Assembly: GCA_045805565.1 (NCBI GenBank)
Contig: JBJMKZ010000050.1
Location: 13,858-77,857, forward strand
DNA length: 64,000 nucleotides
Direction of reading: 5' to 3'
Source of the DNA: Solirubrobacteraceae bacterium
Lineage (GTDB): Bacteria; Actinomycetota; Thermoleophilia; Solirubrobacterales; Solirubrobacteraceae
Shown here: positions 49,526 to 58,742 of the stretch, piece by piece
Position numbering within the stretch: the stretch's first letter is position 1
How the letters are laid out: each line of letters starts with the position of its first letter
Made by a program: the position numbers and the translations under genes
Notes under the pieces: generated by a model
The model's database searches: none
What the model was told of the DNA's origin: nothing
Seen by the model: only the letters and a program-made list of their open reading frames with translations

Positions 49526-51091
49526 CTAGCCGGCGAGCGCCGGCTGGCCAGCGCGGCGCTCACCGAGCTCCTCGTAGTCGTCCCGGGAAGTCTCGTCCTG
49601 CCCGCGCCGCGCGCCCAGCAGCGAGAGGACCCCGGTGAGCACGACCGCCACCACCAGGTTGGCCGCGAGCGCGAACACCGCCTCGTAGGCGGAGACGCTG
49701 ATGCCGAGCACGTTGAGTTGGTAGACCGACGTCTTGAAGTCGGCGGAGAGCGCCATCAGCGTCCCGGTGACCATCCCCACCGCCCAGCCGGCCAGCAATG
49801 CCCAGCGGTGCAGCCAGCGGGTGTACAGGCCCACCACGATCGCGGGCAGCGTCTGCAGGATCCAGACCCCGCCCAGGAGCTGCAGGTCGATCGCGTAGGT
49901 GGTGGGCAGCAGGAGGATGAACGCCACCGCGCCCGCCTTCACGACGAGCGACGTCACCTTGGCGGTCCTGGCCTCCTCCGCGTCGGTGCACCGCGGTCTC
50001 AGGTACTGCTTGTAGATGTTGCGCGTGAATAGGTTCGCGGCGGCGATCGACATGATGGCCGCCGGCACCAGGGCACCGATCGCGATCGCTCCGAAGGCGA
50101 ACCCCTCGAACCAGCCCGGGAAGAACTTCACGAACAGGTCGGGCACCACCGAGTTCGGAGTCGCCGGCTTGATGCCGGCGGCGATCGCCATGTAACCCAG
50201 CAGGGCGATCAATCCCAGCAGGAGGGTGTAGGCGGGAAGGATCGCCGCGTTGCGCCGGATGACGTTGGTGCTCGAGGAGCTCAGGACCCCGGTGAGCACG
50301 TGCGGATACATGAACAGGGCCAGCGCCGAGCCGAGCGCGAGCGTGGCATAGGCGGTTTGGGCGGCGCCGGTTCCGGGGATCAGCGCGCCCGGCTTGCCGG
50401 TCGGCCCCGTCTTGTGCGGCAGGGCGTCGGCGGCGGCTCCGAAGATGTGGCCGAAGCCGCCGAGCTTGGCCGGGATGTAGACGATCGCCACCAGGATCGT
50501 CACGTAGATCAGCGTGTCCTTGACGATCGCGATCAGCGCGGGGGCCCGCAGGCCGCTCTGGTACGTGTAGAGGGCGAGGATCAGGAAGGCGAGGATCAGC
50601 GGCCAGTCACCGCTGATCCCCATGGCGGCGATGACCACCTGGATGCCCACCAGCTGGAGCGCGATGTACGGCATCGTCGCCAGCAACCCCGTGAACGCGG
50701 TCGCCAGCGCGAGCGTGGAGCTGCCGTAGCGGCCGCGGACGAAGTCGGCGGGAGTCACGTATCCGTGGCGGTTGGCCACGGCCCACAGCCGCGGCATCAG
50801 CAGGAACACGAGGGGATAGACGATGATCGTGTACGGCAGGGCGAACAGCCCCTGGGCGCCGACCCCGAAGACCAGCGCGGGGACGGCGATGAACGTGTAG
50901 GCGGTGTAGACGTCGCCACCCAGCAGGAACCAGGTGACGACCGTCCCGAACCTGCGGCCCCCCAATCCCCACTCGTTGAGGATCGTCAGGTCGCCCCGTC
51001 GCCAGCGCGAGGCGATGAAGCCGAGCACCGTGACCAGCGCGAACAGGAAGACGAAGACCGCGAGGGCGACGGGGTCGGCGGATGCCTGCAT
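49526..51091 (-). CDS. Sodium:solute symporter (SSS) family, monocarboxylate-permease-like
   Basis: 521 aa with about 13 TM helices. SSS N-terminal blocks are present (GGRRFGTVVTWFLLGGDVYTAYTFI). It pairs with an upstream DUF3311 gene, as in MctC/MctP-type systems. Confidence 0.85.
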   Translation of the reverse strand: MQASADPVALAVFVFLFALVTVLGFIASRWRRGDLTILNEWGLGGRRFGTVVTWFLLGGDVYTAYTFIAVPALVFGVGAQGLFALPYTIIVYPLVFLLMPRLWAVANRHGYVTPADFVRGRYGSSTLALATAFTGLLATMPYIALQLVGIQVVIAAMGISGDWPLILAFLILALYTYQSGLRAPALIAIVKDTLIYVTILVAIVYIPAKLGGFGHIFGAAADALPHKTGPTGKPGALIPGTGAAQTAYATLALGSALALFMYPHVLTGVLSSSSTNVIRRNAAILPAYTLLLGLIALLGYMAIAAGIKPATPNSVVPDLFVKFFPGWFEGFAFGAIAIGALVPAAIMSIAAANLFTRNIYKQYLRPRCTDAEEARTAKVTSLVVKAGAVAFILLLPTTYAIDLQLLGGVWILQTLPAIVVGLYTRWLHRWALLAGWAVGMVTGTLMALSADFKTSVYQLNVLGISVSAYEAVFALAANLVVAVVLTGVLSLLGARRGQDETSRDDYEELGERRAGQPALAG

Positions 51092-51109
51092 CTGAGCTCG
51101 CCCTCCGCC

Positions 51110-51382
51110 TCAGCGCGTTCTCGTGTACACGATCCAGGTGAGCAGCGCGGTCACCGGGACCCAGGCGAACTGGTACCAGTAGAAGAACGGGAAGCCGAGC
51201 AGCCTGGGGTACTCGGACGCGTACAGCGGGAGCCACAGCAGTCCGAGGAACGGCAGGACCAGGAGCAGGTACCACCAGCGCGAGCCCGGCGCCCTGGCTC
51301 GCTGGGTCACCACCGGCGGCGGGCCCTCGGGCCCATCGATCGGCCGGTCGCCGCGCCCGCTGTCGCCAAGAGGCTGAGACAC
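51110..51382 (-). CDS. DUF3311-family small membrane protein (SSS accessory subunit)
   Basis: The block WWYLLLVLPFLGLLWLPLYAS..PRLLGFPFFYWYQFAWVPV matches the DUF3311 pattern. It lies 18 nt upstream of the symporter. Confidence 0.75.
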   Translation of the reverse strand: MSQPLGDSGRGDRPIDGPEGPPPVVTQRARAPGSRWWYLLLVLPFLGLLWLPLYASEYPRLLGFPFFYWYQFAWVPVTALLTWIVYTRTR

Positions 51383-51469
51383 CTTCGGCTCCCGGTGTGG
51401 CCCCTACCCCGCTGCGGCGCCGCAAAACCGCTTGCCCTGGCCGCGCCTCCGGGCTCGTACGCTGTAGCG

Positions 51470-52552
51470 ATGGCCTTCGGCAGGAAGTCCTGGGGTCGCG
51501 ACATCGCGATCGACCTGGGGACCGCCAACACCCTGGTCTTCGTCCGCGGCGCGGGCATCGTCGCGTCCGAGCCCTCGGTGGTCGCCCTGGACACCCGCAC
51601 CGACCAGGTCCATGCCGTGGGCAGCGAGGCCAAGCGGATGATCGGCCGCACCCCGGCGGCGATCTCGGCGGTGAGGCCGCTGCGTCACGGGGTGATCGCG
51701 GACTTCGAGGTCACCGAGCAGATGCTGCGCTACTTCATCGGCCGCGTGCACTCGAGCCGCTTCGCCCACCCGCGCCTGGTCATGTGCGTGCCCTCGGGGG
51801 TCACCGACGTCGAGAAGCGGGCGGTGGAGGAAGCCTGCCTGGTCGCCGGCGCGCGCGAGGTGCACCTGATGCAGGAGTCCATGGCGGCGGCGATCGGCGG
51901 CGACCTGCCGGTCGCCGAGCCCCGGGCGAGCATGGTGGTGGACATCGGTGGAGGCACTAGCGAGGTGGCGGTGATCTCGCTGGGGGCGATCGTGGTGTCC
52001 AGCTCGGTGCGGCTGGGCGGCTATGAGCTCGACGAGCACATCGCCGCCCACATCCGGCGCCGCCATCAACTCGCCATCGGGGAGCAGACCGCCGAGGACA
52101 TCAAGATCACGCTGGGCTCCGCCGGCGCCCCGGATCCCCAGGCGAGCGCCGACATCCGCGGGCGCGATCTGCTCTCGGGCCTGCCCAAGAGCGTGAGCCT
52201 CCAGTCCCAGGAGGTCGTCGAAGCGCTCTCGGAACCCGTCGACGCCATCCTCGCCACCGTGAGGGAAACGCTCGAGGAGACTCCCCCCGAGCTCGCCGCC
52301 GACATCGTCAACGCCGGCATCATGCTGGCCGGCGGGGGCTCGCTGCTGAGTGGTCTCGCCGAGCGCGTGCAGGACGAGACGCAGATGCCGACCTATCTGG
52401 CCCACTCGCCGCTGACCACGGTGGTCGAGGGGGCGGGCCGGTCGCTGGACGAGCTCGAGCTGCTCCGGCAGACGAAGACGGCGCGACGCAGCTCGGCCAT
52501 CACCGCCGCGGCGCGAAGCCGCAGGTCCAGCCGCAACCTTCCCGCCCGGTAG
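51470..52552 (+). CDS. mreB: Rod-shape-determining actin homolog MreB
   Basis: Blocks: DIAIDLGTANTLVF, EPSVVA, VMCVPSGVTDVEKRAV, VVDIGGGTSEVAVISLG, AGIMLAGGGSLLSGL. ATG 51470; the ORF-track start at 50300 is antisense to the symporter. Confidence 0.9.
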   Translation: MAFGRKSWGRDIAIDLGTANTLVFVRGAGIVASEPSVVALDTRTDQVHAVGSEAKRMIGRTPAAISAVRPLRHGVIADFEVTEQMLRYFIGRVHSSRFAHPRLVMCVPSGVTDVEKRAVEEACLVAGAREVHLMQESMAAAIGGDLPVAEPRASMVVDIGGGTSEVAVISLGAIVVSSSVRLGGYELDEHIAAHIRRRHQLAIGEQTAEDIKITLGSAGAPDPQASADIRGRDLLSGLPKSVSLQSQEVVEALSEPVDAILATVRETLEETPPELAADIVNAGIMLAGGGSLLSGLAERVQDETQMPTYLAHSPLTTVVEGAGRSLDELELLRQTKTARRSSAITAAARSRRSSRNLPAR

Positions 52553-52565
52553 CCAGGCGCGTGAC

Positions 52566-53417
52566 GTGAGCCCCGACCCCCGTCCCAACGCCGGCGAGGC
52601 CCCCCGCGTCGAGCTGGTCGACGGCCACGCCATGCCGCAGGTGGGCTTCGGGGTGTTCCAGATCCCGCCCCGGGACACCGCCGCGGCGGTGAGACATGCC
52701 CTGCGCACCGGCTATCGCGCGGTGGACACCGCGGCCGCGTACGGCAACGAGCCCGAGGTTGGCGAGGCGGTCAGGGACAGCGGGCTAGAGCGCGAAGCGG
52801 TGTTCGTGACCACCAAGCTGTGGAACGCCGACCACGGTCGCGACACCGCGTCCCGGGCGTTCGAGGACAGCCTGGCGCGCCTGGACCTGGGGCACGTCGA
52901 CCTCTACCTCATCCACTGGCCGGTCCCGCAGCGCAACCGCTACGTCGAGTCGTGGCAGGCCCTCACCGAGCTGCAGGCCGGCGGCCGGGCGCGCTCGATC
53001 GGCGTCTCGAACTTCGAGGTCGACCACCTGGAGCGCATCATCGACGCCACCGGAGTGGTCCCGGCGGTCAACCAGGTGGAGCTGCATCCCCGCTTCCAGC
53101 AGCCGGAGCTGCGCCGCTTCCACACCGAGCACGGCATCGCCACGCAGGCGTGGAGCCCGCTGGCGCAGAGCGCGGTGCTCGACGATCCGGCGGTCACCGA
53201 GCTCGCCGAGGCCAACGGCAGGACGCCGGCCCAGGTCGTCCTGCGCTGGCACCTGCAGCTCGGCAACGCCGTGATCCCGAAGTCGGCGACGCCGGAGCGA
53301 ATCGAGGAGAACTTCGACATCTTCGACTTCACGCTCGACGACGAGGCGATGCGGAGTCTCGAAGGCCTCGATGCCGGCGAGCGCATCGGCCCCGACCCGG
53401 CCACGTTCGCAGGCTGA
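52566..53417 (+). CDS. Aldo/keto reductase (2,5-diketo-D-gluconate reductase-like)
   Basis: Blocks: MPQVGFGVFQ, YRAVDTAAAYGNE, TTKLWN, LYLIHWP, GVSNF, NQVELHP. Confidence 0.9.
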   Translation: MSPDPRPNAGEAPRVELVDGHAMPQVGFGVFQIPPRDTAAAVRHALRTGYRAVDTAAAYGNEPEVGEAVRDSGLEREAVFVTTKLWNADHGRDTASRAFEDSLARLDLGHVDLYLIHWPVPQRNRYVESWQALTELQAGGRARSIGVSNFEVDHLERIIDATGVVPAVNQVELHPRFQQPELRRFHTEHGIATQAWSPLAQSAVLDDPAVTELAEANGRTPAQVVLRWHLQLGNAVIPKSATPERIEENFDIFDFTLDDEAMRSLEGLDAGERIGPDPATFAG

Positions 53418-53581
53418 CCGCGGCGCGGGAGGCCGCGCCGGCACGCATCGCTCTCCCCTCGGATCCCAGTGCTACATCGGCGAGGCGTCGGACCTTCCTG
53501 CCCGGTGCACGGATCGTGGCGATCGCACCCGGTGCGAGGGCCCACGGCCGCCTCACCAGCGGGGCAGACGCGGCCGGCCGG

Positions 53582-55069
53582 CTAGTCCGGGATCTCGATC
53601 TCGCGCTTGAGGATCTTGCCGGTCGGGCCCTTGGGCAGCTCGTCGGCGAACCAGATCTTGCGCGGGTACTTGTACTTGGCGAGCTTGCCCTTGACGTACT
53701 CCTGGATGTCCTCCGCGGAGACGTCCTCGCCCTCCTTGACCACCACCGCGGCGCCCACCTCCTCGCCCAGGCGCTCGTCCTCCACGCCGATCACCGCCGC
53801 CTCCGCGATGGCGCCGTGCCGGTAGAGGACCTCCTCGATCTCGCGCGGATAGACGTTCTCGCCGCCGCGGATGATCATGTCCTTCTTGCGATCGTCGATG
53901 AAGACGAAGCCGTCCTCGTCGATGTGGCCCATGTCGCCGGTGTGGAACCACCCGTCGCGGAGCTCCTCCTTCGTCGCCTCCTCCTTGTTCCAGTACTCGG
54001 CCATCACGTTGTCGCCCTTGATGGCGATCTCGCCGATCTCGCCCTGCTCGACCTCGTCGCCGTCGTCGTCGACGATCTTGACCTCGACGCCCTCGACCGG
54101 CTTGCCGATCGAGCCCGGCTTGCGCTCGCCGGGGTGGTTGAAGGTGCCGACCGACGTGGTCTCCGACAGCCCGTAGCCCTCGAGCACCTCGATCCCGAAC
54201 GCCTCCTCGAACCTCTCCATCACCTCGACGGGCATCGCCTGGCCGCCGGTTATGCCGATCCGCAGCGACGAGGTGTCGTGGTCGTCGCGGTCGTCGGCGT
54301 TGAGCACGGCGCTGTACATCGTCGGCACGCCCTCGAAGATGGTCACCTTGTCGCGCTCGATCGCCTTGAGCGTCTTGCCGGGGTTGAACCTCGGGATCAG
54401 CGACAGGCAGGCGCCGAGCTTGGTGGCGCCGTTGAGCCCGCAGGCCTGACCGAACACGTGGAAGAACGGCAGCGCCCCGAGGATCACGTCGTCCGCGCTC
54501 ATCTCGACCAGGGTGGTGGCCACGTCGGTGCTCATGCGCAGGTTTCCGTGGGTGAGGACCGCGCCCTTGGGAGACCCCGTGGTGCCCGAGGTGTAGAGGA
54601 TCACGCCTATGTCGTCCGGGTTGCGCTCGACGACGCCGTGGTCGGGCTCCGCCTCGCCGAGCATCGCCTCGAACTTCTCGGGCTCGACGCAGACGACCTC
54701 GACCCCGGCGTCCTTGGCGCCCCGCTCGGCCGCCTCGCGGAAGTCGTGCCAGGCGAACAGGAGCTTGGCGCCCGAGTCCTTGACGTGGTAGGCGACCTCG
54801 TTGGCCTCGTAGCGGGGGTTGATCGGCACCACCGCGGCGCCGAGCCGCAGCACCCCGTAGTACACGAGCGCGAAGTAGGGGACGTTGGGCAGCATCACCG
54901 CCACCCGGTCTCCCGGCTCGATGCCCTTCGCCTTGAGCATCCCCGCCACGCGGGCGCTGCCCTCCTCGACCGCCTCGTAAGGGATCTCGATTTCCTCGAG
55001 CTTGAGCGCGATGCGGTCGCCGTGCTTCTCGGCGGTCTCGGTGAGGATCGACACGATGTTGCCGCTCAT
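53582..55069 (-). CDS. Acyl-CoA ligase (AMP-dependent synthetase, FadD-like)
   Basis: Blocks: ILYTSGTTGSPKG, GYGLSET, WFHTGDMG, and the C-terminal KYPRKIWFADELPKGPTGKILKR. Confidence 0.9.
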   Translation of the reverse strand: MSGNIVSILTETAEKHGDRIALKLEEIEIPYEAVEEGSARVAGMLKAKGIEPGDRVAVMLPNVPYFALVYYGVLRLGAAVVPINPRYEANEVAYHVKDSGAKLLFAWHDFREAAERGAKDAGVEVVCVEPEKFEAMLGEAEPDHGVVERNPDDIGVILYTSGTTGSPKGAVLTHGNLRMSTDVATTLVEMSADDVILGALPFFHVFGQACGLNGATKLGACLSLIPRFNPGKTLKAIERDKVTIFEGVPTMYSAVLNADDRDDHDTSSLRIGITGGQAMPVEVMERFEEAFGIEVLEGYGLSETTSVGTFNHPGERKPGSIGKPVEGVEVKIVDDDGDEVEQGEIGEIAIKGDNVMAEYWNKEEATKEELRDGWFHTGDMGHIDEDGFVFIDDRKKDMIIRGGENVYPREIEEVLYRHGAIAEAAVIGVEDERLGEEVGAAVVVKEGEDVSAEDIQEYVKGKLAKYKYPRKIWFADELPKGPTGKILKREIEIPD

Positions 55070-55088
55070 GGTCTCTCGCTCTCTCGAC

Positions 55089-56540
55089 TCAGCTCAGCGC
55101 GAAGTCGCGGGTCTCGGGCCGGCGCACCGTGCGCCAGTACTCGGTCGCCGACCCGGGCCAGTTGTTGGTCACCCGGCCGGTGGGCGTCTTGTACCAGCTA
55201 GAGCAGCCCTGGGTGAACACCGACGAGCGCAGGCGCTCCTGCGTGCGCCGGTCGAAGCGCTCCGCCGCCTCGGGCCGCACCTCGATGCGTCGAGCGCCGC
55301 GGCGATCCAGCTCCTCCAGGCAGCCGAGCACGTGCGCGATCTGGGCCTCCATCATGAAGATGATCGAGTTGTGGCCCAGGTTGGTGTTGGGCCCGTAGAG
55401 GAGGAACAGGTTGGGGAAGCCGGGCACGGTCACCCCGAGGTGAGCGTACGGGCCGTCCTCCCAGGCGTCCTCGAGGGTTCGCCCATCGGGCGCCTGCACC
55501 CGCATCGGGGCGACCAGCGCCTGGGAGTCGAAGCCGGTGGCGAACACGACCGCGTCGAGCCCGTGCTCGGCGCCGTCCCGGGTCCGGATGCCGCCAGGGG
55601 TGAAGCCGTCGATCGCCTCGGTGACCAGCTCCACATTGGGGCGGGCGAGCGCCGGGTAGTAGTCGTCGGAGACCAGGATCCGCTTGCAGCCGATCGGATA
55701 GCTCGGGGTGAGCGCCCGGCGCAGCTGCTCGTCGTCGACCTGCGACTCCAGGCGCCAGCGGGCGTAGCGGGTGAGGGCGCGCGAGCACAGCGACCCCGGC
55801 CTGAAGCCCAGCAGGAGCGTCTCCTGGCGCATGAACAGCAGCGAGCGGTACGCCCGCCGCAGCCCGGGCACCGCCGCGAACAGCCGGCGCTCCGCGCTCA
55901 GGTAGGGACGATCGTGGCGCGGGATGATCCACGGCGGCGTGCGCTGGAAGACGTCCACGCGCTCGCACACCTTGGCCAGCTCGGGCACGATCTGGATCGC
56001 GGTTGCGCCCGAGCCGATGACTGCCATCCGCTTGCCGCGAGGGTCGAAGGAGTGCTTCCAGCGCGCGGAGTGCCACCACTCGCCCTCGAAGTCCTCCAGT
56101 CCGCCAAACGGCGGGACGTGGGGGATCCGCAGCTGCCCGCACGCCGCGACCAGGACTCGCGCCGACAGCGGCTCGGCGTCGCGCAACTCGAGCTGCCAGC
56201 GCTGCTCGCCCGGGTCGAAGCGCGCGGCCGCCACCTGGGTGCCGAGCCGCAGGTGGCCCCGCACGCGGCGCTCGTCGACGAAGTCCTCGAGGTAGGACAT
56301 GATCTCGTCGCGGGGCGGATAGCGGCGCGTCCAGTCCGAGCGCGGCGCGAACGAGTAGGAGTACAGGTGGGAGGGGACATCGCACGCCAGGCCCGGGTAG
56401 GTGTTGGCGCGCCAGGTCCCGCCGATCCCCCGGTCGGCCTCGAGGATCGCGAACGACCGCCGCCCGGACCCCCGCAGCCGCGCGCCGAGGCCCAGCCCGC
56501 CGATGCCGGCCCCGACGATCGCGATGTCGGCCCTGTCCAC
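55089..56540 (-). CDS. Flavin-dependent (Baeyer-Villiger type) monooxygenase
   Basis: The FAD Rossmann motif is IVGAGIGG, the BVMO fingerprint is FEGEWWHSARW (FxGxxxHxxxW), and the NADPH Rossmann motif is VIGSGATA. Confidence 0.85.
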   Translation of the reverse strand: MDRADIAIVGAGIGGLGLGARLRGSGRRSFAILEADRGIGGTWRANTYPGLACDVPSHLYSYSFAPRSDWTRRYPPRDEIMSYLEDFVDERRVRGHLRLGTQVAAARFDPGEQRWQLELRDAEPLSARVLVAACGQLRIPHVPPFGGLEDFEGEWWHSARWKHSFDPRGKRMAVIGSGATAIQIVPELAKVCERVDVFQRTPPWIIPRHDRPYLSAERRLFAAVPGLRRAYRSLLFMRQETLLLGFRPGSLCSRALTRYARWRLESQVDDEQLRRALTPSYPIGCKRILVSDDYYPALARPNVELVTEAIDGFTPGGIRTRDGAEHGLDAVVFATGFDSQALVAPMRVQAPDGRTLEDAWEDGPYAHLGVTVPGFPNLFLLYGPNTNLGHNSIIFMMEAQIAHVLGCLEELDRRGARRIEVRPEAAERFDRRTQERLRSSVFTQGCSSWYKTPTGRVTNNWPGSATEYWRTVRRPETRDFALS

Positions 56541-56629
56541 CTCTGTGAGCCTATCCCTGCGGCACCCTCTCTCCCAGGGTTGTTCCCCGATGGCGCCGTC
56601 GTCACCCGCGCAGGAGCCGGGCTCCGGGC

Positions 56630-57547
56630 CTAGCGCAGGCGGACCTCGATCGCTCCGTCGTGCAGCCGGACGTCGTACACGGGCTGCGGGGAGACCGCCG
56701 GGCCCCGGACGATCGAGCCGTCCTCGAGGCGAAACCGGCTGCCGTGCAGGGGGCAGGTCACGCAGCCGTCGGCGATCTCGCCGTCCTGCAGCGGGCCGCC
56801 TCGGTGGGAGCAGCGGGCGAGCATCGCGTACACCCGCCCGTCCCGGCGGGTGAGCAGGATGGGCGTCCCTTCGAGCTCCACGTCACGGACCTCGCCCTCG
56901 CCGAGCTCGTCCTCGCCCAGCGCGCGGGTCCAGTCCTCGGGGTGGCGGTGGAACGTCGTCTGGTCGACGCCCAGGCCCTTGGCGTAGGAGAGGTGGCCGC
57001 CCAGGTATCCGCCCACGGTGACCGCCGCCGCGCCCGCCAGGCCGTAGACGACGCCCCGCCCCCGGCGGCCTCGGCGCCGGGCGGCCAGCGAGGCCGAGTA
57101 GAGCGCGAGCGCGGTGACGTTGGCGGCCGCGTGCACGGCGCCCGCCCGGCGGATCGTGTCGTCGAGCTTGGTGCTGTCGGCCCAGTCGGAGAGCCCGGTG
57201 ACCGCGGTGGGCAGGGCGGTGGCGATCCCGATCCCGATCAGGCGATCGGCGGCGGGGCGCCCCTCACGCCCGCCGAGCAGATCCACCAGCGTGGCGCTGG
57301 TCCAGGCGCCGATCGGCAGGTCGGTGAACGGTGGATGCAGCGCATGCCCCAGCCAGGTCCCGCTGATGGCGTCCTTCAGCGCCGACGAGGAGGAAAGCGC
57401 CTGGCGCGCGGCGTCGGAGACCTTCTCCGCCACGGGATCGAGCGCCTCGACCTCGCCGAGCCGCTCGGCCAGCTCGTGCAGCGCCGGCCGGGTGGGCCGG
57501 CCGGCCTCCCAGGTCGTGTCTCCGCCCGCTTGCTGCTCGGTCGCCAT
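56630..57547 (-). CDS. DUF2231 membrane domain fused to a Rieske [2Fe-2S] domain
   Basis: The N-terminal half has about 4 TM helices (GHALHPPFTDLPIGAW..). The Rieske ligands are CSHRGGPL and CPLHGSRF. Confidence 0.8.
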   Translation of the reverse strand: MATEQQAGGDTTWEAGRPTRPALHELAERLGEVEALDPVAEKVSDAARQALSSSSALKDAISGTWLGHALHPPFTDLPIGAWTSATLVDLLGGREGRPAADRLIGIGIATALPTAVTGLSDWADSTKLDDTIRRAGAVHAAANVTALALYSASLAARRRGRRGRGVVYGLAGAAAVTVGGYLGGHLSYAKGLGVDQTTFHRHPEDWTRALGEDELGEGEVRDVELEGTPILLTRRDGRVYAMLARCSHRGGPLQDGEIADGCVTCPLHGSRFRLEDGSIVRGPAVSPQPVYDVRLHDGAIEVRLR

Positions 57548-57612
57548 GGAACTCGGCGCCTACCTTAACCGCCGAGGCGCGGCCGCAGAGCAGCAGGAGG
57601 CAGCGGCCACGC

Positions 57613-58707
57613 TCACCGGTGCAGGGCGCAGAGCCGCTCGGCCTCGTCGTCCAGCTGGCGGCGGGCGGTCCGGTCGAGTCGCTTGAACGGCTCTATCCGC
57701 ACACGTCCCTTCTCGTACTTCCAGGTGCCCGCGACCGCGCCGTCGACCAGGAAGGTGTTCACGGAGTGCGGGGTCTTGGGGTTGAACACACGCGCGCGGT
57801 ACTCCTCCGGCAGGATCCCGGTGCGCCGGGCGTGCACCAGCAGCGTCGCGTCCCACACCGGGAGGAAGCGGGGCGGCGCCGGCGTGTCCGGATCGGGCAG
57901 CGGCCCTCGGGGCAGGTCGACCAGCTCCTCGCCGTCCTCGCTGCGAAAGCGCCGCACACGCAGGCGGTCCACCGCCGGGCCGACCTCGGTGGGCGGCAGA
58001 CCGGCGAAGCCGGCGATCTCCCGTAGTGACGAGGGGCCGAAGCCGCCGAGGTAGCGGCGCACCAGGTGATCGAGGCCCTCCGCCGGGGACACGTCCGCGG
58101 GGCCGAGCCAGTCCTCGGCTGCCGCGTACAGGTCGGCGCGGCGCCGCTCCCAGGTGCCCGACGGCGGCACCCGGACGAGGTGCAGCCACTGGCCGACGGC
58201 GCGGGCCACGGGCTTGCCGAGGAGCCGGTCGAGGTCGGCGCTGTTCAGCGGGCCGTCCGCAAGCTGCCGCCGCAGGCGCCTCGCGCCGGCCGCGACCTCG
58301 CGAGGGCTGGGGCCGTCGCGGTGGGTTCGCAGCCACCATTCCTGTCGCCCCTTGCGGATGGCGGCGGCCAGCGGCCCGTAGTCGCGCGCGGAGACGAGGT
58401 GGATGGTCGACCGCATCAGCGTCCCCTGGACGACCGCGCGCCGCACGAGGGCGCGGGTGAGGGCGTCGCGCTCGAACCCCTCGACCCGGGTCCACAGGCC
58501 GATGTACATCGAGGGCGCGTACTGCGCCTGCAGGCCGCCCATCCGCTCGAGCGCGACGGGCAGCCGCAGGGCGGCCCGTCGGAGCAGGAGCTGGCGCGCG
58601 AGCAGCGCCCGATTGAGCTGGCGCTGGGTCAGGACGGGCGCGGTGACGGCGGCCACCGGCCCGAAGCTACCGCTCGCCGGCGTGGGCGGGCCGCCCGGTC
58701 GCGGCAT
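57613..58707 (-). CDS. Winged-helix DNA glycosylase of the AlkZ/YcaQ (HTH_42) family
   Basis: Blocks: LNRALLARQLL, GGLQAQY (QxQ), LMRSTIHLV, RVFNPKTPHSVNTFLVDG. An alternative GTG start lies at 58656. Confidence 0.8.
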   Translation of the reverse strand: MPRPGGPPTPASGSFGPVAAVTAPVLTQRQLNRALLARQLLLRRAALRLPVALERMGGLQAQYAPSMYIGLWTRVEGFERDALTRALVRRAVVQGTLMRSTIHLVSARDYGPLAAAIRKGRQEWWLRTHRDGPSPREVAAGARRLRRQLADGPLNSADLDRLLGKPVARAVGQWLHLVRVPPSGTWERRRADLYAAAEDWLGPADVSPAEGLDHLVRRYLGGFGPSSLREIAGFAGLPPTEVGPAVDRLRVRRFRSEDGEELVDLPRGPLPDPDTPAPPRFLPVWDATLLVHARRTGILPEEYRARVFNPKTPHSVNTFLVDGAVAGTWKYEKGRVRIEPFKRLDRTARRQLDDEAERLCALHR

Positions 58708-58742
58708 CTACCCTGGTCGCCACCGAGCGGGGGCGAGACGAT

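Noticed and set aside
53421-53440. 8-bp GC hairpin (CGGCGCGG-gagg-CCGCGCCG) after the aldo/keto reductase gene as an intrinsic terminator
   Set aside because: The stem is short and lacks a U-tract, and the 164-bp convergent gap contains several equally plausible weak hairpins. The support is insufficient.
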